Source: an uncultured cyanobacterium (GTDB lineage Bacteria; Cyanobacteriota; Cyanobacteriia; Leptolyngbyales; Leptolyngbyaceae). From it: a stretch of 11,949 nt of DNA. Shown here piece by piece: positions 8,802 through 11,949 of this stretch. Position 1 is the first letter of the stretch. Each line of letters begins with the position of its first letter. The position numbers and the translations under genes are program-made. The DNA lies in assembly GCA_963766075.1 (NCBI GenBank), contig CAVYAN010000036.1:1-11949 (forward strand), written 5' to 3'. The notes under the pieces are model-generated. The model was not told where the DNA came from. It searched no databases and worked only from the letters and a program-made list of their open reading frames with translations.

Positions 8802-8866
8802 GGAAAAAGAAGCCCTCATTCCGTAAACTGTCAGAAGAAAGAAACCTTGACAGAAGAATGAGAGCC

Positions 8867-9658
8867 ATGAACCTATCCTATCCGACTGACATGAGTGATG
8901 CACAATGGGAACTTTTGTTACCGTTGCTCCCTGCTGCCAAAACGGGCGGACGCCCCCGCAGTGTCGATCTCAGAGCCGTTATCAATGCCATCTTTTATAT
9001 AGTTGTTGCGGGTGGTGCATGGCGCATGTTGCCACACGACTTTCCCAAGTGGCAAACGGTCTATCACTACTTCAGGGCATGGCGCTTAGAGGGTAGCTGG
9101 GAGAAGATTCATGCCCAATGTGTCGAGTGGGAGCGGGCGATTCAAGGGCATGAGGCTGTGCCGAGTGCTGCCAGTATGGATTCTCAATCGGTAAAAACCG
9201 GCCTTCCCACGGCGATCACCATCGGTTTTGATGGCGGCAAAAAAACGAAAGGACGCAAACGTCACCTCATGGTGGACACCTTGGGGTTGGTCATGATGGT
9301 TGTGGTCACAGCGGCCAATGTCAGCGACCAAGCGGGGGCGCGTCTCCTCTTTAATCGCCTTGCGGCGGTGCCGGAGCGGATAGCGCGGTTGGTGCGGATT
9401 TGGGTTGATGGCACCTATGAAGGCGTGGATTTTATGCGGTGGACGATGGATACCTACCGCTGGATTCTCGAAACCATTAAACGTTCAGAGGCGGCCAAGG
9501 GCTTCGTCTTATTGCCGAAACGGTGGGTAGTCGAACGCACTTGGGGATGGCTCAATTGGTCACGCCGCTTATCGAAAGACTACGAAGTTTTGCCGGAAAC
9601 CTCCGAAACCTTCATCTATGTTGCCATGATTCGACTCATGCTCAGACGGCTAGCGTAG
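8867..9658 (+). CDS. IS5 family DDE transposase (263 aa, single ORF)
   Basis: YPTDMSDAQW, GGRPR, WRMLPHDFPKWQTVY, DSQSVK, KGRKRHLMVDTLG, VDGTY and KRWVVERTWGWL. Confidence 0.93.
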   Translation: MNLSYPTDMSDAQWELLLPLLPAAKTGGRPRSVDLRAVINAIFYIVVAGGAWRMLPHDFPKWQTVYHYFRAWRLEGSWEKIHAQCVEWERAIQGHEAVPSAASMDSQSVKTGLPTAITIGFDGGKKTKGRKRHLMVDTLGLVMMVVVTAANVSDQAGARLLFNRLAAVPERIARLVRIWVDGTYEGVDFMRWTMDTYRWILETIKRSEAAKGFVLLPKRWVVERTWGWLNWSRRLSKDYEVLPETSETFIYVAMIRLMLRRLA

Positions 9659-9684
9659 CTGTTAACTTCTCAGACATCCTCTAA

Positions 9685-10467
9685 GCTGAACAGAAGCGGA
9701 TTGTTGAGTTTCTAGATCGCACCACCACCGACATAGATCGCGCGATCTCCCAAAAACAACGCCTGATCGAACTCCTACAAGAACAAAAAGCCATCCTCAT
9801 CAACCAAGCAGTCACCAAAGGGCTAAACCCGAATGTGCCGATGAGGGATAGTGGGGTTGATTGGCTTGGTGAGATTCCAGACCATTGGCAGGTTATTCGA
9901 TTAAAGCGACTATTTTTGGAAATTGATGATAGGTCAACAGATGGATCTGAAACATTGCTGTCCTTGCGAATGTATGCAGGTTTAGTTCCTCATGATGACG
10001 TGTCAGATAAGCCCATTGAAGATGCTGCCCTAGCTGGATACAAACGTGTATATCCTGGTCAAATTGTCATGAACCGGATGAGAGCTGCTATCGGTCTTTT
10101 TGGAGTTGCCACAATCTTTGGCATTGTCAGCCCAGACTACGCCATCTTTCGTCAAGTCAAAGAGCTAAAAGTTGACTATTATCTAAATTTATTCAAGACT
10201 GAATTAATGAAAAAGGAATTTTTATTAGAATCAAAAGGACTTGGTACAGGTTCATCTGGGTTTCTTCGTTTGTACTCAGATAAGTTTGGAATGATCAAAG
10301 TTCCCTTCCCGCCTTTAGAGGAACAAACAGAGATATGGAATCACATCCAAAAAATTGATCAAGAGTTCTCAAAAGTGCTCGAAAGGGCTGAGCAAGAAAT
10401 CGATTTGCTCAAAGAATTAAAAAATATTGTTGTTTCGCAAGCTGTTACCGGAAAAATAAAAGTCTGA
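9685..10467 (+). pseudogene. hsdS: Type I R-M specificity subunit, 5'-truncated (central conserved region, TRD2, C-terminal conserved region)
   Basis: The frame from 9685 reads AEQKRIVEFLDR...LIELLQEQKAILINQAVTKGLNPNVP-MRDSGVDWLGEIPDHW...VPFPPLEEQ...VVSQAVTGKIKV. TRD1 is missing at the IS5 right end. The TRD segment is AT-rich. Confidence 0.9.
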
Positions 10468-10477
10468 GGTCAACATC

Positions 10478-10795
10478 ATGGTCAGCCAAACCAACGAACC
10501 AGCGATCAAGAGTCAGGTGATTCTCACAACATTGAAAGAGCGCCTCGATACCATTCGTGGTTTTGGCGTGCAGTCCCTTGCCCTGTTCGGTTCCGTTGCC
10601 CGTGACGAAGCCACCGAAACCAGCGATCTCGATTTTTTGGTGGAGTTTGAAGGATCAGCCACCTTTGACCGTTACATGGATCTGAAATTCTTTCTAGAAG
10701 ATCTGTTTGGCAAACCCGTTGATTTAGTAACCAGGCGTTCTCTTAAACCTCAAATTGCTGAGTCTGTTTTGGAGGAATCGATCAGTGTCACGTAA
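10478..10795 (+). CDS. mntA: Minimal nucleotidyltransferase (MntA-type antitoxin)
   Basis: LFGSVARDEATETSDLDFLV (GS..DxD motif) and LEDLFGKPVDLVT; overlaps the downstream HEPN gene. Confidence 0.9.
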   Translation: MVSQTNEPAIKSQVILTTLKERLDTIRGFGVQSLALFGSVARDEATETSDLDFLVEFEGSATFDRYMDLKFFLEDLFGKPVDLVTRRSLKPQIAESVLEESISVT

Positions 10796-10967
10796 CCTCG
10801 CCCTCTACCTAGATGACATCCTCACCAGCATCGGCAAAATTGAACGCTACACCGCCAACATGACACGAGAAGCCTTCGTCGCCGATGAACGCACCTTCGA
10901 CGCGGTTGCCCATAACCTGCAAGTGCTTGGCGAAGCCTTAGAAGACTGCATCGAGCGATCGCACTAA
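10785..10967 (+). pseudogene. hepT: HEPN/DUF86 toxin (HepT-like), C-terminally truncated
   Basis: GTG start overlapping mntA; YLDDILTSIGKIERYT...DAVAHNLQVLGEA, then switches to LEDCIERSH*. No RxxxxH motif; only 60 aa. Confidence 0.85.
10934..10962 (+). repeat. 29-bp copy of hsdR 5' coding sequence (other copy 11691-11719)
   Basis: AGCCTTAGAAGACTG(C/T)ATCGAGCGATCGC, 28/29 identical, ending at a HIP1 site. Confidence 0.95.
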
Positions 10968-10996
10968 AATAGAGACACTGTAGGAAAGGCAAGCTC

Positions 10997-11602
10997 ATGG
11001 TTCAACTCCAGCCCCAACGCCTCAAAACCTCATCGCCCGATCAGCGGATTGTCCATTCAGGCATTACCTGGCAGCAATTCAAGCTGATTCAGTCTGGCTT
11101 TGGCGACACCCGCAACGTGCGGCTGTTTTACTACGACAACACTATTGAGATTCTTATGCCAGGGCGCGCCCACGAATTTTTTAGTCGGTTCATTGGTTTT
11201 TTAATCAATTTATTTTGCCTAGAAATGGGCATTGAATTTGAACCCCTCGGTTCCACCACCCAAGAACGGGAGGGCGAAGCCTCTGCCGAACCAGATGAGT
11301 CCTACTGCTTTGGGGCATCTAAACCAACCCCCGATTTGGCCATCGAGGTCATCTTCACCAGTGGCAGCCCCAACAAACTGCATCGCTACCGAGCATTGGG
11401 CATCCCCGAAGTCTGGTTTTGGGAGGATGGTGTGTTTAGCCTTTATCGCCTGCGCGAGGCCGGGTATGAACCCATTTCTAAAAGCGAAATTCCCGAACTG
11501 GTCAAGCTCGACATAGCCCTGCTCAGCCGTTGTGTGTTGATGGCGCAAACCTCTCGCCTGGAAGCCGCCAACACCTTCCGCCATGCGCTGAGAGCAGGTT
11601 AA
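10997..11602 (+). CDS. Uma2/DUF820 family putative restriction-fold endonuclease
   Basis: GITWQQF, IEILMP...HE, EPDESY, PDLAIEV, YRALGIPEVWFW. Confidence 0.92.
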   Translation: MVQLQPQRLKTSSPDQRIVHSGITWQQFKLIQSGFGDTRNVRLFYYDNTIEILMPGRAHEFFSRFIGFLINLFCLEMGIEFEPLGSTTQEREGEASAEPDESYCFGASKPTPDLAIEVIFTSGSPNKLHRYRALGIPEVWFWEDGVFSLYRLREAGYEPISKSEIPELVKLDIALLSRCVLMAQTSRLEAANTFRHALRAG

Positions 11603-11664
11603 TCGATACGCGAACATCGCCATCATGAAAGCCGATCTTTGAGCCAACTTGGGAGCCAAAACCA

Positions 11665-11949
11665 ATGCCAGTCAGCCAAACCAATGAGCGAGCCTTAGAA
11701 GACTGTATCGAGCGATCGCTGGTCGAGGGTTCCCGCTACGAGACAGGCAACCCGGCTGACTTTGACCGCGCATTTGCCCTCGATCGCGTCAAATTTTGGC
11801 ACTTCCTGGAAACCACCCAACCCAAAGAACTAGAAAAGCTCAAAGATCGCCCCAACTGGCAACGGCTGATCCTAGAACGGCTCGATCGCAAGCTCAAAAA
11901 AGACGGCATTCTCTCCGTCCTGAAGAAGGGACTGGCGATCGACGATGCC
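11665..11949 (+). CDS. hsdR: Type I restriction enzyme R subunit, N-terminus (runs off the window)
   Basis: Open frame not in the ORF track: MPVSQTNERALEDCIERSLVEGSRYETGNPADFDRAFALDRVKFWHFLETTQPKELEKL...GILSVLKKGLAIDDA. GGGAG RBS upstream; lies downstream of hsdS. Confidence 0.87.
   Translation, partial: MPVSQTNERALEDCIERSLVEGSRYETGNPADFDRAFALDRVKFWHFLETTQPKELEKLKDRPNWQRLILERLDRKLKKDGILSVLKKGLAIDDA

Larger units (their letters stand above)
8624..9681 (+). mobile_element. IS5 family element (IS1031-like group)
   Basis: TIRs GAGGATGTCTGAAAAG (8624-8639) and CTTCTCAGACATCCTC (9666-9681) match 15/16. Flanks are TCA and TAA. Length is 916 bp after removing the nested MITE and one target copy. 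Confidence 0.92.
2413..11719. repeat. HIP1 octamers (GCGATCGC), dispersed
   Basis: Seen at 2413, 2464, 3303, 3388, 3565, 4599, 4671, 5692, 6168, 6779, 7261, 10955 and 11712; none noticed within the IS elements. Confidence 0.9.

Noticed and set aside
8672..8866. 65-aa N-terminal extension of the IS5 transposase in the ORF track
   Set aside because: It is a chance open frame through the MITE; family similarity begins at MNLSYPTD (8867).
10478..11719. Direct repeats as a possible CRISPR array or integron attC sites
   Set aside because: Each piece has only two copies, spacing is gene-sized, the sequence is hsdR coding DNA, and there is no cas gene, integrase or attC structure.

Overview
Cyanobacterial DNA (at least 13 HIP1 GCGATCGC octamers) from a heavily rearranged, IS-rich accessory region. 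It holds a NiFe-hydrogenase maturation block on the minus strand: hypA, hypB, hypF (two +1 frameshifts) and hypC (3' end replaced by an IS630 remnant). Around it lie two tnpA-only IS200/IS605 elements, an IS5 (IS1031-like) element carrying a nested 134-bp MITE with an 8-bp target duplication, a YukJ/DUF2278-LTD gene, an XRE regulator and several defence-gene remnants. A type I R-M locus follows: half hsdS, mntA, truncated hepT, uma2 and the start of hsdR, which the ORF track misses. Most notable: (1) the accessory genes between hsdS and hsdR are preceded by partial copies of the hsdR 5' end, suggesting a cassette-capture hotspot; (2) a frameshifted Bell-like protein with an N/Q/G/T-rich putative amyloid-signalling tail; (3) a half-HsdS with a natural-looking start; (4) an in-frame TnpA-HsdR chimera. 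All family assignments come from motif recognition, not from database searches.
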